NCBI RefSeq assembly: GCF_036321535.1
Contig: NC_087436.1
Span: 41,170,001-41,234,000, forward strand
Length of the DNA stretch: 64,000 nt
Source of the DNA: Camelus dromedarius
Lineage: Eukaryota
Direction of reading: 5' to 3'
Part shown: positions 27,682-39,200 of the stretch, piece by piece
How positions within the stretch are numbered: the first letter of the stretch is position 1
Layout of the letters: every line of letters starts with the position of its first letter
Notes under the pieces: generated by a model
Database searches by the model: none
What the model was told of the DNA's origin: nothing
The model's input: only the letters and a program-made list of their open reading frames with translations
Position numbers and translations under genes: made by a program

Positions 27682-28067
27682 ATGATGTTAGCTAGAAGTT
27701 TCTTTGTAGATTTTCTTTATCAAGTTGGGGAAGTTCCCTTCTGGTCCTAATTTGTTGAGAACATGTATCATGAACGTATGAGATGCTTTTCTTACCTGCT
27801 GGTAGGATCATATAATTTTTGTTCTTTAGTCTGTAATATGACAGATTACATTAACTGATTTTCAGATGTTAAACAGTTCTTGCATAACTGGAATATATCT
27901 CAATGGGCCTTAGTATGTAACCTCTTTATACACCAATGGATTTGATTTGTTAACATTTTGTTGAAGATATTTGTATCTACGTTCACAAGAGATATTGGTC
28001 AGTAGTTTTCCTTTCTTATAATGTCTTAATCTGGCTTTGGCATTACAGTGATACTGGCCTCATAGAA
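27682..28067 (-). repeat. Inverted duplicate of L1 segment 22751-23132
   Basis: Reverse complement aligns by eye end to end (about 12 mismatches in the first ~130 nt) and shares unusual substitutions and a deletion. Confidence 0.8.
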
Positions 28068-28075
28068 GACTAAGG

Positions 28076-28625
28076 AAAACTCCAATGGTCTATTTCAAAG
28101 AAATAGAAAAAAAAATCCTAAAATTAATATAGAACCAGAAAAGACCACAAATAGCCAAAGCAATCTTGAGAAAGAAGAACATAGCTGAAAGCATCACACT
28201 TCCTTAGTTCAAACTCTATTGCAAAGCTATAGTAATCAAAACAGTATAGTATTGGCATAAAAACAGACACATAAATCAAAGGAGCAGAATAGTTAATTAG
28301 TCCAGAAGTAAACTCTTGTTTAATTTATAACAAAGGAGCTAAGACTATACAATGGGAGAAAGAATAGTCTCTTCAATAAATGGTGTTGGGACCACAGCCA
28401 CATGCAAAACAAATGAAACTGAACTCCTATCTTACACCAATCACAAAAATCAACTCTGAATAGAATAAAGACTTGAACAGAAGACTGGAAACAATAAAAA
28501 TCCTATAAAAATCAACATAGAGGATAAGCTCCTTGACATTAGTCTTGGTAATTACTTTTTTGGTTTTGACACCCAAAGCAAGGGCAACAAAAGCACAAAC
28601 AAACAAGCAGGATTACATTAAACTC
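28076..28625 (+). mobile_element. L1 (L1MA-like) ORF2 fragment, truncated at both ends
   Basis: aaatagccaaagcaatcttgagaaagaagaac, caaagctatagtaatcaaaacagta, tcttcaataaatggtgttggg. Confidence 0.88.
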
Positions 28626-28867
28626 CTTCATCCCACTGATCATAAGGTCTGCAGGTGTGTTGGTGAGGTTCGTTTCCTCCTTATTTCTTTTTTCTCCTCA
28701 CAGATACTGCCAGGATATTTATCTACTACTTCTTCTTCAATAAAAATCGAAATGTCATTAGACCATTCACATCCTGTATCATTTATTTGAACTGTCTTAC
28801 TGACACACACTAGTGTTTGTGTGCATGTGTGTATACATGTATATATGAGTATTTATAAGTATATACA

Positions 28868-28871
<4 letters not shown>

Positions 28872-28902
<31 letters not shown>
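28872..28902. repeat. (TA)n microsatellite
   Basis: Direct reading. Confidence 0.9.
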
Positions 28903-28904
<2 letters not shown>

Positions 28905-29190
28905 TGTCAATAACTGTATCACATCCAAGTTCATTACTTTAAACTTTTAACTACTGACAACCTTCTTTTATTAATCAAAATTACTTATTCCAGTATTCTC
29001 ATACCAGATATCATTCCATCACTACTTTCACCAAATTTATTGACACTACCACCTTTTAAACTTCACTATACATATATTTTCCTCCCTTTCTCTTCACATG
29101 CATAGAGACAGTGGTTGGTCAATTACTTTCTTGCTCCTCTATGCCTTTTTTTATATTTGTGGTTGTCAAATTTCTATTTCTGGTTGAAAT

Positions 29191-29409
29191 TAGTAATTCC
29201 TTAGTATCCATAGGGGATTGGTTCTAGGACCCACCAGAGATATAATCTCTGAGAGTACCCAAGTCCCATAGTGGGCTCTGCATATCTCAGATTCCACATT
29301 CATGGTTTCAACTAACCACAGTTCATATAGTACCACATTTACTATTGAAAAATCCACGTATGAGTAGACCCTCCCCAGTTCAAACACAGTGTGGTTCAAG
29401 GTCAACTAC
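29191..29409 (+). mobile_element. MER8-like TcMar-Tigger MITE
   Basis: gtatccataggggattggttctaggaccc at the start; cagttcaaac..gttcaagggtcaact at the end. Confidence 0.8.
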
Positions 29410-29419
29410 AGATCAACAA

Positions 29420-29640
29420 TCTCTCAAAAATATGTAGGATAACCATTTTCTCTTATCAAATCTCTACCATCTCCTCCCATCTTTTATCAAGCAAATATAC
29501 TGCCATCTATTTTACAGAAAATATAGAGAATAACAGAAGAAAAGAAACTCATTTTCTTTCAGAAAATATTCCAACTCACCTGCATCTGTCATTAAATTCT
29601 GCCTGTACTCCTGTTATGGAAAATCACTTGCTGCGTAACT
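29420..29640 (+). mobile_element. L2 LINE fragment
   Basis: tctattttacagaaaatatagag..cacctgcatctgt..ctcctgtta resembles the L2 ORF region. Confidence 0.55.
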
Positions 29641-29899
29641 CTTAACCTCAGTCTATTCAATGTAAGTCAATGTCTTTGTGGTTAATTGTACAGTGGACAT
29701 AATATCTTCCAAAACATTTTTGTTGATGCTCCCTAACAAGGCCAAATAAAGCATGGATCTTGGTTATACTTTAAGGACAGCACTTAACTAAAAGACTTAA
29801 TTAATTAGAAATAGAAAGATAAAAACATTACAGAACAGAGGTTAGAAAGACAACATCTAAACTAAGTTATCCTTGGTAGTAGGATATATATTAAAATTA

Positions 29900-30270
29900 T
29901 GTTCTTCCTGTGATTATTCTTGGAAAAGGATAAAACATTAAATCTTGGTATTCCTGTCAAAAATGCCTGAATCTAATCATGGTGAAACATGAGACAAGTA
30001 TAAATTGAGGGACATCCCACAAAATATAAATGATAATGAAGACAAGAAAAGACAGAAGAACTATCAGTACATACTAAGGGATATTAAAGAAACATAATTA
30101 AATGAAAGGTAAAATTCTGGATTGGATGCAGGACCAGATTGTTTTTTCTACAAGTGACATCAGTGGGACAATGGGTAAAATTTTAATAGGGTCATCAAAT
30201 GAGATACTAGTACAGTATCAATGCTAACTTCCTAATTTCCATAATTGCGCCGTGGTTAAGGGAAATATCT
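29900..30270 (+). mobile_element. Old L1 (L1MC4/L1ME-like) 3' UTR fragment
   Basis: cctgaatctaatcatg, aaattgagggacat, ctggattggat..ggaccaga, gtatcaatgctaacttcct. Confidence 0.7.
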
Positions 30271-31239
30271 TTTTCCCCCTCTTATCTCTAACTAAGAAGA
30301 AAAATTTTATGTATTTCATAATAGAATTCTTCAAGATAATAAAAGAAAATTCAACAGGTTTTTGTCTTGTTTGCTACAGTATGTGGAGGTTACTAACCTG
30401 ATTCTGCACAAGAAAGGCACATCTAGAAATTCACCTCTCTGAATTCTCTTATAGCTCATTTCAAAATATCATTTACTGAGCCTTTCAAACATATGGGTTT
30501 AAATATGCATATTTTATACAGAAAATTACTTGAAAAATATTTCTGTGTTCCTTGAATAACAATTATGCTTTTAGGCATAAACCAGGAAAGGTCTAATTGC
30601 TATTTGCATGGATTATTTACAGCTAAGTAGTCTATGAAGAAATAAGAGTACATAAAAATGCTATTGTGTACAAAAAACAATCTGTCTTGCTCATTTTAAT
30701 TGGGTGTGAAAATATCGGTTTACAGATTTTAGAAACATAACCATATAAATGTTTCTCACAAATAAGAACAAAAGCTATAGAAGTAATCTGTCAACTGAAT
30801 GTTTTAATAAACTTTTCCTACTGAATGTTTTATTTTCACAGAAAACTGGGCTTACTGTTTCCAGTAAGTCTACCACTGCAAATTAAATATGCATTTTTAA
30901 AACCACTAGGATGCAATTTTTATTCTGTAGAATACACTTGTCATTTTGTCTGATATTACTGTAGTAACTAAACACATCTAACATTCGTGACCACAAGGGA
31001 TATATTTTGTTTTTGTTGTTGCTCTTTTTACTTACTTGGCCTAAACATTTGAAATATTTAAAAATATAGAAAGGACTGATACACAGTCACTGATCTCAGA
31101 ATATTCACCCTCAAGGAGAGCAGAGGAAAAGAGAAAATGTAGTTACACCTTCTTCCCTTTTGCTTGTTTCAGTGGGAAAAGCAGATGATTTTATTCTGCT
31201 CTAATCTAAGTTATTGAAGGGCTTGCACAGACTCAGCAT

Positions 31240-31560
31240 GGCTAACCCCCAGGCTTCCAGCACAGAAGCAGCAGGCTGAAACTGGTCCAGTCTTTCCCTA
31301 AAAGAGGCCTTTAGCTTATCTTTATAGCTGTGGCCTGAGGGGCAGGATCCTATTGCTGTAGTCTTTGGTTTCTCCCTCTGCCTCTCTAGGTATGGCCATA
31401 TCTCCTGGAAAGGGGCTTGTGCACAAGTCTGGGGCCTCACATTCATTGCTGCCTCCCTGCCCAGGGAATGTCTCTAAATTGCCTGGCTCTAATTCCCAGT
31501 GAGCCAAATTCATGGGTCCCACAGGACTGTAGTAGACCAAAACAATCCTTGTATTTAAAC
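31240..31560 (+). mobile_element. Probable old L1 5' region fragment
   Basis: ccagtctttccct..atagctgtggcctgaggggcagg resembles L1M-type 5' ends as I recall them. Confidence 0.4.
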
Positions 31561-31699
31561 AATTATGTTTTGGGCCATTTATTAAACAGTAATAGCTAAC
31601 TGATATAGCTGTGCAGAAGTGAGCAAAACAGCCAGTACTGGGATATTTCGGACTGAAGGACCAGAACATGGCAAGGCTAGAAATGAATCTGTTCTCATT

Positions 31700-31928
31700 C
31701 ACAATGAAAAACAGTATGGAGACTCCTTTAAAAATAAAAACAAAAACAAAAACAAAAAACTTTCATATGATCCAGCAATCCTACTTCTGGGTGTAAATTC
31801 AAATGAAATAAAATCAGCATCTCAAAGAGATATCTTTACTCCTGTGTTTACTGCAACATTATTCACCATTGCCAAGATATGTAAACATATGTGTCAATCA
31901 ACAGATTAATGGATAAAGAAAATGTCAT

Positions 31929-31968
<40 letters not shown>

Positions 31969-32430
31969 ACATGTATATTGAATATCATATAGTATTTCAT
32001 ATTAGTATATAATACTATTAGAATATTAGTATATAATATTCTATATACATAATAAAATATTATTCATCCCTAAAAAAGAAGGAAATCTTGTCATTTGCAA
32101 CGGTTGAACAATTGAACCTGGAGTATATTATGCTAAGTGAAATGATATAGACAGAAATAAAAATACTGTATGATATCACTCATAGGTAGACTCTAAAAGA
32201 GTTGAACTGAAAGAAGAAAAAAGGAGAACACTGTTTGCTAGGGGCTAAGAGGTGGGGGAAATGGGGAGACATTGGTCAAAGGATAGAAACTTTCAGTTAG
32301 AAGATGAATAAGATTATTTTTTCCAGAAACACTGGTCTAGGAATCTAATGTACAGCATGGTAATTATACTTAATAACAATGTATCAGATACTTGAAATTT
32401 GCTAAAAGAGTAAATATTAAGTGTTCTCAC

Positions 32431-32473
<43 letters not shown>

Positions 32474-32610
32474 GTAACTATGTGAGGTGATTAGTATGTT
32501 AATCAACTTGACATGGTTATTTCATAACATATACATATACCAAAACATCATGACATACACCTTGAATGCATACAATTTTATTTCTAAATTATACTTCAGT
32601 AAAGCTGGAC
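31700..32610 (+). mobile_element. L1MA-like 3' end with (CA)n tracts at ~31935-31966 and ~32437-32468
   Basis: catatgatccagcaatcctacttctggg, tgctaagtgaaat, ctaatgtacagcatgg, ggtaactatgtgaggtga, aattatacttcagtaaagctgg. Confidence 0.9.
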
Positions 32611-32804
32611 ATTTTTTTAAATATATGAAAATGCACCATATGAATTAATAACAAGGAACAATAAAGTTTAAGAGTTAGACAACATCTAGGCCACATTACT
32701 GCTAACCGATTGTGGTAAAATTTGGCAGTTAGGGGAAGAGTCATTTGCATTGGGGACATTAAGATTAGAACAAAGGACAAAGAATGATATTGTTGTAGTA
32801 CTAG

Positions 32805-33390
32805 TGAAGTGGGAGTAAAGGGGGCAGGGCACAACCACTGAAGGAATGACAGCCATTGAGGACAGGACAAACTGGTTAGAACCAAGATGGTGGAAAATTC
32901 AACTTCCAGTAGACCTTGAGCCTCATGGCAAACCCACAGGTGCCATGACAGTTCCCAGGCTGGCCATAAAAGGTCAAAAAGTGGGTGGGGGTGGTTTCCT
33001 GGAAATCCTTGCCCCTTCCTCAAAGTAGTTGGAATAATCCTCTTATTCATTAGCATATGAAATTACCAAGCCTATAAAACCTAACAACTCTGCACCTTGT
33101 GGTAACTCTTGCTCTGTTGCCCTCTCCCTCTCCCTCTCTCTCCTTCTGAGAGGGCCTGCACTCTGTCTGTGGAGTGTGTATCTACTTTAAACACCTCACA
33201 CCTCTCAGCTTCTCTGCTTCTCACCTTTCTGAGATGGCCCACATTCTGCCTATGGAGTATGTATCTCCTAAGCTGTTTCCCTTCTGAATGAGACAGCCTG
33301 CAGTCGATCTATGGAGTGTGTATCTCTCTAAATAAACTTACACTTTACCATGCCTTGCTCTTGAATACTTTCCTGCACGAGGCAAGAACC
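32805..33390 (+). mobile_element. MER41-like ERV1 solo LTR (3'-truncated)
   Basis: gggggcagggcaca, ccatgacagttcccaggc, tataaaa, aataaa, gctcttgaat..ttcctgc; clearly homologous to 34740-35403. Confidence 0.75.
32996..33004. promoter_or_regulatory. GAS (STAT) motif TTCCTGGAA within LTR
   Basis: Exact TTCN3GAA match; function untested. Confidence 0.4.
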
Positions 33391-34739
33391 TGTTCTCCCG
33401 CAGAGCTTAACTGCAGTTTGAAGAAGGGACTAACAGTGTAATGAGAGTATATGTACTTTTAATATACTGTTTCTTGTTTTTTCACCTTGCTGAAGATAGG
33501 AACAACTTCCCATAATCTTCAAGGTCGAAGAATATAACTAATCTGTTGTCATTGAAATAAAATGGTATTTTCTATTAAATTAATGGTGCTAGCTTTTAGA
33601 ATGATAGCATTCTGCCATATTCCAGAAGCTATAGAGTTGTTTATAAATAACTGGCAGTTTTGAATTATTTCACTTTAATGTACCTATTTGTCAAAACTCT
33701 CCTGTATAATAGGTCAGAGTCCCTCAGCTCAAGATTTAAAATTGATTAGTATCCACAGAAAAATAACAAACAAGAAAGTAGACATGAAAGCAGTATCTCC
33801 GAAGCATAGTGTATTAAGTGCTTCTATTAGTATGCATACAGCCAGACACTGTAAAAAATATAACTTTATGTTGACTTGGAGTGTACTTAAAATGACAAAT
33901 ATTTGATTCTCCCTTATGGATTATAGTTCTTGAAAAACAGAGTAAAGTTGATTTAGTCAAAAGTATTGTTTTTTTTTGTAAATTCATGATGATTATTGAT
34001 TATATTGAAGTGCATAAAATTACTTGACTAATGATTTACCAGAGATGATCTAAGACTAAGCATATATCAAGGTATTTTTTAAATATATTTCGAAAGAGAA
34101 CTAATACAAATCCTCTCAAGACAGTCTGACATAATAGAACGGATATATACATATAATCCATACTCTGAATTTCTATTTGCTCACAAACAATACATTTAAC
34201 ATAAAATCAACACTCAGGAACTTTGTATTAATATAAATAATAATAAAAAAGAGAACACCATGAAAAATAGTAGCAATAATTTAAGACACAATTTAATAAA
34301 TATTACAACTATACGTCAATTTAATTTGATAGCACATGTATAAATTTAATACATCATATAAATAAATGAGCAAGGCGCTTTGTGGGTGAACTTTAGAGCA
34401 AAGAAAGTAAAAGTTAGAAAGTTAAATGTCTATCAAACATTTTATCATGTTGCTTAACTTCTATAAGTAAAAAGAAAAACAGTCTTTAAAACAACTTTTG
34501 GTCCAGTTTTTGTTCTGACATGTAAAGCGCTTAGAAGTCATTACTCTTATCCTCATAATTAAAAAAAAAGAAAGAAAAAGGAGGCTGATCAAACTAAAAA
34601 TCATTAACTTCTTCTAGATTTATCAGATAATTGAAGTCACAGGGCAAACCACTGCTCTGAAGAATGGAAAGAAAGGCAAATACTGAGAATCACAGAAAAT
34701 ATCAGCTTATCTAGAAGAGAAGCCATTAGAATCAGTAAT

Positions 34740-35403
34740 TGAGAGAGAGTCAAAACGGACAGGAAGGGGGCAGGGCACAGCCATTCAAGGAATGCTACAG
34801 CAATTAACATCAAAATGGTGAAAGATTCAACCCCCAGTAGGCCTTGAGGCTCAAGATGGTGGGAGATTTAACTTCTAGCAGATCTTGAGCTTCATTATAC
34901 GCCATTGTAATATGTTACCATGATGAATAACATGCCTACAGGCACCATGGCAGTCCCAAGGCTAGCCACAAAAGGTCAAAGAGTGGGAAATGGCCAACTT
35001 CCTGGGAATCCCAGCCCCTTCCCAAACTAGTTAGACTGGTCCTTCCATTTACTAGTATATGAAGCCAATGAGCCCATAAAAACTGGCAACATGGTATCTC
35101 ATGCCACCGCCTCTCTCTCCCCACCCCTTGCCACTCCCCTCCCGTTTGGAGACAGCCCACACTCTGTCTATGGAGTGTGTACCTACTTTTAATCTGAGCA
35201 CCCAACCCCCTACACCTCGTGTCCTTTCTCTTGCCTTTCAATGTATCTATCTGAATAAATCTACCTTTACTCAACTGTGGCTCGCTCTTGAATTCCTTCC
35301 TGCGCGAAGCCAAGGACCCACACTTGGTGGGGCATGTCCCAGGGCTCAGTCAAAGCCTGGGACACAGCCCTTCTCACGCCCCACATATGTTTTTCCTGTA
35401 TCA
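34740..35403 (+). mobile_element. MER41-like ERV1 solo LTR, complete
   Basis: TG...CA termini, cataaaaa TATA-like box, aataaa near 35254, gctcgctcttgaattccttcctgcgcgaagccaagg. Confidence 0.8.
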
Positions 35404-35847
35404 AAACTATTGGCAGACTGCCGGAGGCTAAGTGTGCTGCAGGCTGAGGACTACCTTGAGAATTAAAAATTTCTGGGGCAAGCATTAGGGAGCCCCAACA
35501 CTTTCATGAGTTTTCTTCCCAGGAGCCTTGCAAGGTTCTCCTGGTTGAGAATGGAGAAAAATTCCTGTGTGTTTCAAGGAGAAAGGGCAGGAAAGTAACC
35601 ATTTTAAAATATGCTCGTAACATTCTCCATAACAAAGGCCTGCCCTCAAGGGAAATCTACTTTACCTGAGACTTATCTAACCTTGCAAAAGGGCCAGTGG
35701 GCAACTCCAACTCCCTCTAGCCTTCCAGTCATACTGAGGGGGTAAAAAAAGGCCAAGAAACATTTTTGAGTATCAGCCCAAGAACTCAAGCTCACTGGAA
35801 AAAACCCCTGAAGTTTAATCATAAGGTTATAGAATGTTTCTCCCCTC

Positions 35848-36298
35848 TGTGCAAACCGTATCAGTAAACAAAGAATGCTGAAACCATCAAGTCATCAGCA
35901 GCTGCCCAGTAAAGATAAGCCTGCAGCCCAGCCTCTGTAGCCACTCACAATGGGGCACCCTGAGGGGACTCAGAATAAGAAAGGCAGATACCAGCCCCAG
36001 ATAGCTAGATGCTTGTCAAAGGAATGAATTCAATGAGCCTAAATGTTTGCTTCCTCCCATACATAGAAAAGCACTAAATTCTTTAACTTGAGATGTCTGG
36101 TTTCTTTTCAATAACAAGTAATCTATTGTTCCAACTACCTGGTCTTTGCTGTAAAGCTCCTATATATCCTAGCTCCTCCCCTACCTTTTTGGAGCAGTCC
36201 CACAGAGTGAGCTGAGAGACTGTCATCCTGGCTCGAGTCTTCCCGCCAAATGAAATGTAACTCTCAACTTCAAGGCTGCGCATTTATTTCAGTCGACA
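35848..36298 (+). mobile_element. ERV1-like solo LTR (~450 bp)
   Basis: TGTGCAAACC...CAGTCGACA termini, ctatata box, near-TSD cctc/tctc; L1 resumes after it. Confidence 0.8.
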
Positions 36299-39200
36299 TC
36301 TCCAACACCTTAATACAACATCAACAGGACTTTAAAAGTTCAATATAACTGAGAGAGCTGTAACACACAGACCCTATTTAAGGAGGAGTTCTTCAGGAAA
36401 CCCAAAGCAAAGGCAGAAAGCAAACAAGGAAGAAAACAATAGAAGACTGAAGTCTTTAGCAGCTACAGCTTCAGCAAATTTTAAACACCATCCAATCCTA
36501 GCCAGATTGACATAAAGCTTCACAACCTAAACCCTGATTACTTCAATTCCTAGTACCAGATACATTATACCCAGTGTTCAACAACAAAAAGTACTAGGCA
36601 TGCTAAAAGACAAGAATAAACATAGTCTTAAGAAACAAAACATGTATTGGACCAACTCAGACAGGACACAGATTTTTAAACTATCAGATAGGGAATTTAA
36701 GATAGAAAGTAATTAATATGTTCAGCAGTATAATGGAAACAGTAAACAACATGTAAGAATAGATAGGTAATGGAAGCTGACCGATGGGAATCTTAAAACA
36801 AATCAAAAGGAGACACTAGAAATCAAGAACACTAACAAAAATAAAGAATGCCTTTGATGAGCTCTTAGTTGATTGGACATGACTGAGGAAACAATCAGTG
36901 AGCCTGAAAACATCCCAAATGTAACTTCCCAACTGAAATGCAAAGAGAAAAAAGAACAGAAATAATGAAGAGAATATTGAGAACTGTGGGACAATTACCA
37001 AAAGCATACCACGTGCATATTGGGAATAACAGAAGGAGAGAGGAAAAAAGGGATAGAAGAAATATTCAAAGTAATCATGACAAAAAATTGTCCAAAATCA
37101 GAACACAGATTCAGGAACCTCAGGAAATATCAAGTAGGATAAACAAAATGCTTACACCTATGCATATCATACTGAACTTGTAGAAACCCAAAGCCAAATA
37201 AAAATTTTTGAAGAACACAGGTAGTGGGGCAGGGAACAAACACACCCTAAATTATAGAAGAACAAGGAGAAGAATAACATTGGGCTTCTATTCAGAAATC
37301 ACACAAGAAGGAAATGGAGTGAAATTTTTAAAATGTTGAAACAAACTAATAAAAAACCCACTAATGTCCTAACACAGAAATCTGTTTCCAGTGAAATTAT
37401 TTCAAAAGTGAAGGACATTAAAGAGTTTTTCAGACAAATTAAAACAGAGAGAATTTTTCTCCACAAGACTTCTCTTGTAGGAAACAGCAAATAAATTATT
37501 TAAAGAAGAAAAATGACACAGGTGAGAAAACTGGGCATACATAAAGAAAGGAAGAGCATTAGAAAAGGAATAAATGAAGGTAAAATAAAATCTTATTTTT
37601 GTAATTATAATTGATGTAATAAATAACTGCTCAAAGAAATAGTAGCAACAATGTAATTAGTGATTATAGCTTACAGAATAGTGAAGTGAATGACAGCATT
37701 GTTGCAAGGAATGGAGAGAGGAATTGGGAATACTGTTATAAGATACCTGTACTACACATGAAGTGGTTTAATGTTACATAAAAGTGATCTTCGATTATCT
37801 TGGATGTATATTGCAAACTCTAGAGTAACTACTAAAAATGTTTTTAAACAATGTGTATTTGATATGCTAAGCGGGAGAAAAAAATGGAACAATACAAAAT
37901 GCTAAAATCCAGAGAAGGCAGCAAAAGAGAAGAAATTAAAAAGAAAAAGAAAACAAAAGAACAAGTACAATGAATAGAAAATATTATAAATGTTATAGGT
38001 ATTAATACAACTTTATCAATAATCACTTTAAATCTTAGGCAAAAACTGCCAGAAATGCAAGGAGGAATAGACAAATTTTCTGTAATAGTTGAAGACTACA
38101 ACATCCCTCTCTCAGTAATTAACAGATCAAGTGGGCATAAAATCCGCAAAGACAGAGTTGAATTGAACAGTACCTTTGATCAACTGGATCTAATTGATGT
38201 TTGTATCTAAATACTGATATTACCACCTAAGAAATGCAGAATACATATACTTCTCAAGTTCACATGAGATATTTACCAAGATAAATTACCTGTGGGTTAT
38301 AAAATAAACTTTATCAAATTAAAAAGAATACGTATTATAAAGTATATGCTCTCAGACCACAGTAGAATTCAACTAGAAATCAGAAACAGAAAGAGAGCTA
38401 AAAAATACAATGTGGAGATTAAACAACAATTTTCTAAATAACACATGGAACAAAGATATTCTTAGGAGAAATTTGTAGCACTGAATGCACATATCAGAAA
38501 AGATGATCGAAAATCAATAATCTAAACCTTAACCTTACAAACAAGAGAAATAAGGGAAATTTAAATTCAAAGCAAATAGAAACAAATTAAAATTACAACA
38601 GAAATCAATGAAATTGAAAAAAGAAAATCAATAACACAGTCAATAAAACCAAAGCTGATACTTTGAAAAGATTAATAAATTTGATGGACCTCTAGCCATA
38701 CAAACCATGGAAAAAAAAAAGAGACATAAACTTTTCATATCGGAAATGAAAGAACAGTCATTTCTATTGATCCTGTGAGCATTAAAGAATAAAAATGTTA
38801 AAGAAGAAAAAATATTTGAAAATATCAATAGATGCAGAAAAATCATCCGATACCCATTTACAACAGAAACTCTCAGCAAACTAAGGAATAGAGTGAAAAT
38901 TCCTCAACTTGATAAAAACAATATTTCCAAAAAACAAAACAAGACAAAAAAGATAACTAGTGGTGAGAAACTAGATGCCTTCTCCCTAAGATCAGAGGTA
39001 AGGCAAACCCTCTTATAACTCCTAGTGACTGGAATTCCTGGCATATGCAGTAAAACTATGAAAGGAAATAAGGGATTGGGAAGGAGGAAATAAAACTGTC
39101 TTTGTTCCCAGATGGCGTAATTGTTTATACAGAAAATTCCAAAGGCTCAATTAAAAAATCCCCTGGATCTAATAAGGTATTATAACAAAATGCAGAATAC

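Noticed and set aside
27682..28625. Simple L1 twin-priming inversion
   Set aside because: The geometry fits, but the inverted part shares decay mutations with 22751-23132 and looks like a different subfamily from the forward part. Disfavoured, not excluded.
31975..32065. AT-rich quasi-palindromic repeats (atattagtatataata) as a structured RNA or CRISPR-like array
   Set aside because: Low-complexity slippage next to a (CA)n tract inside an L1 tail; no regular repeat-spacer pattern.
32805..35403. The two MER41-like LTRs as 5' and 3' LTRs of one provirus
   Set aside because: The intervening DNA is AT-rich unique sequence plus an L1 5' end, with no PBS, gag or pol, and the LTRs differ structurally.
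32589..35485. Several 60-155 aa ORFs
   Set aside because: Mostly chance frames in GC-richer MER41-like LTRs; none resembles a protein I recognise.
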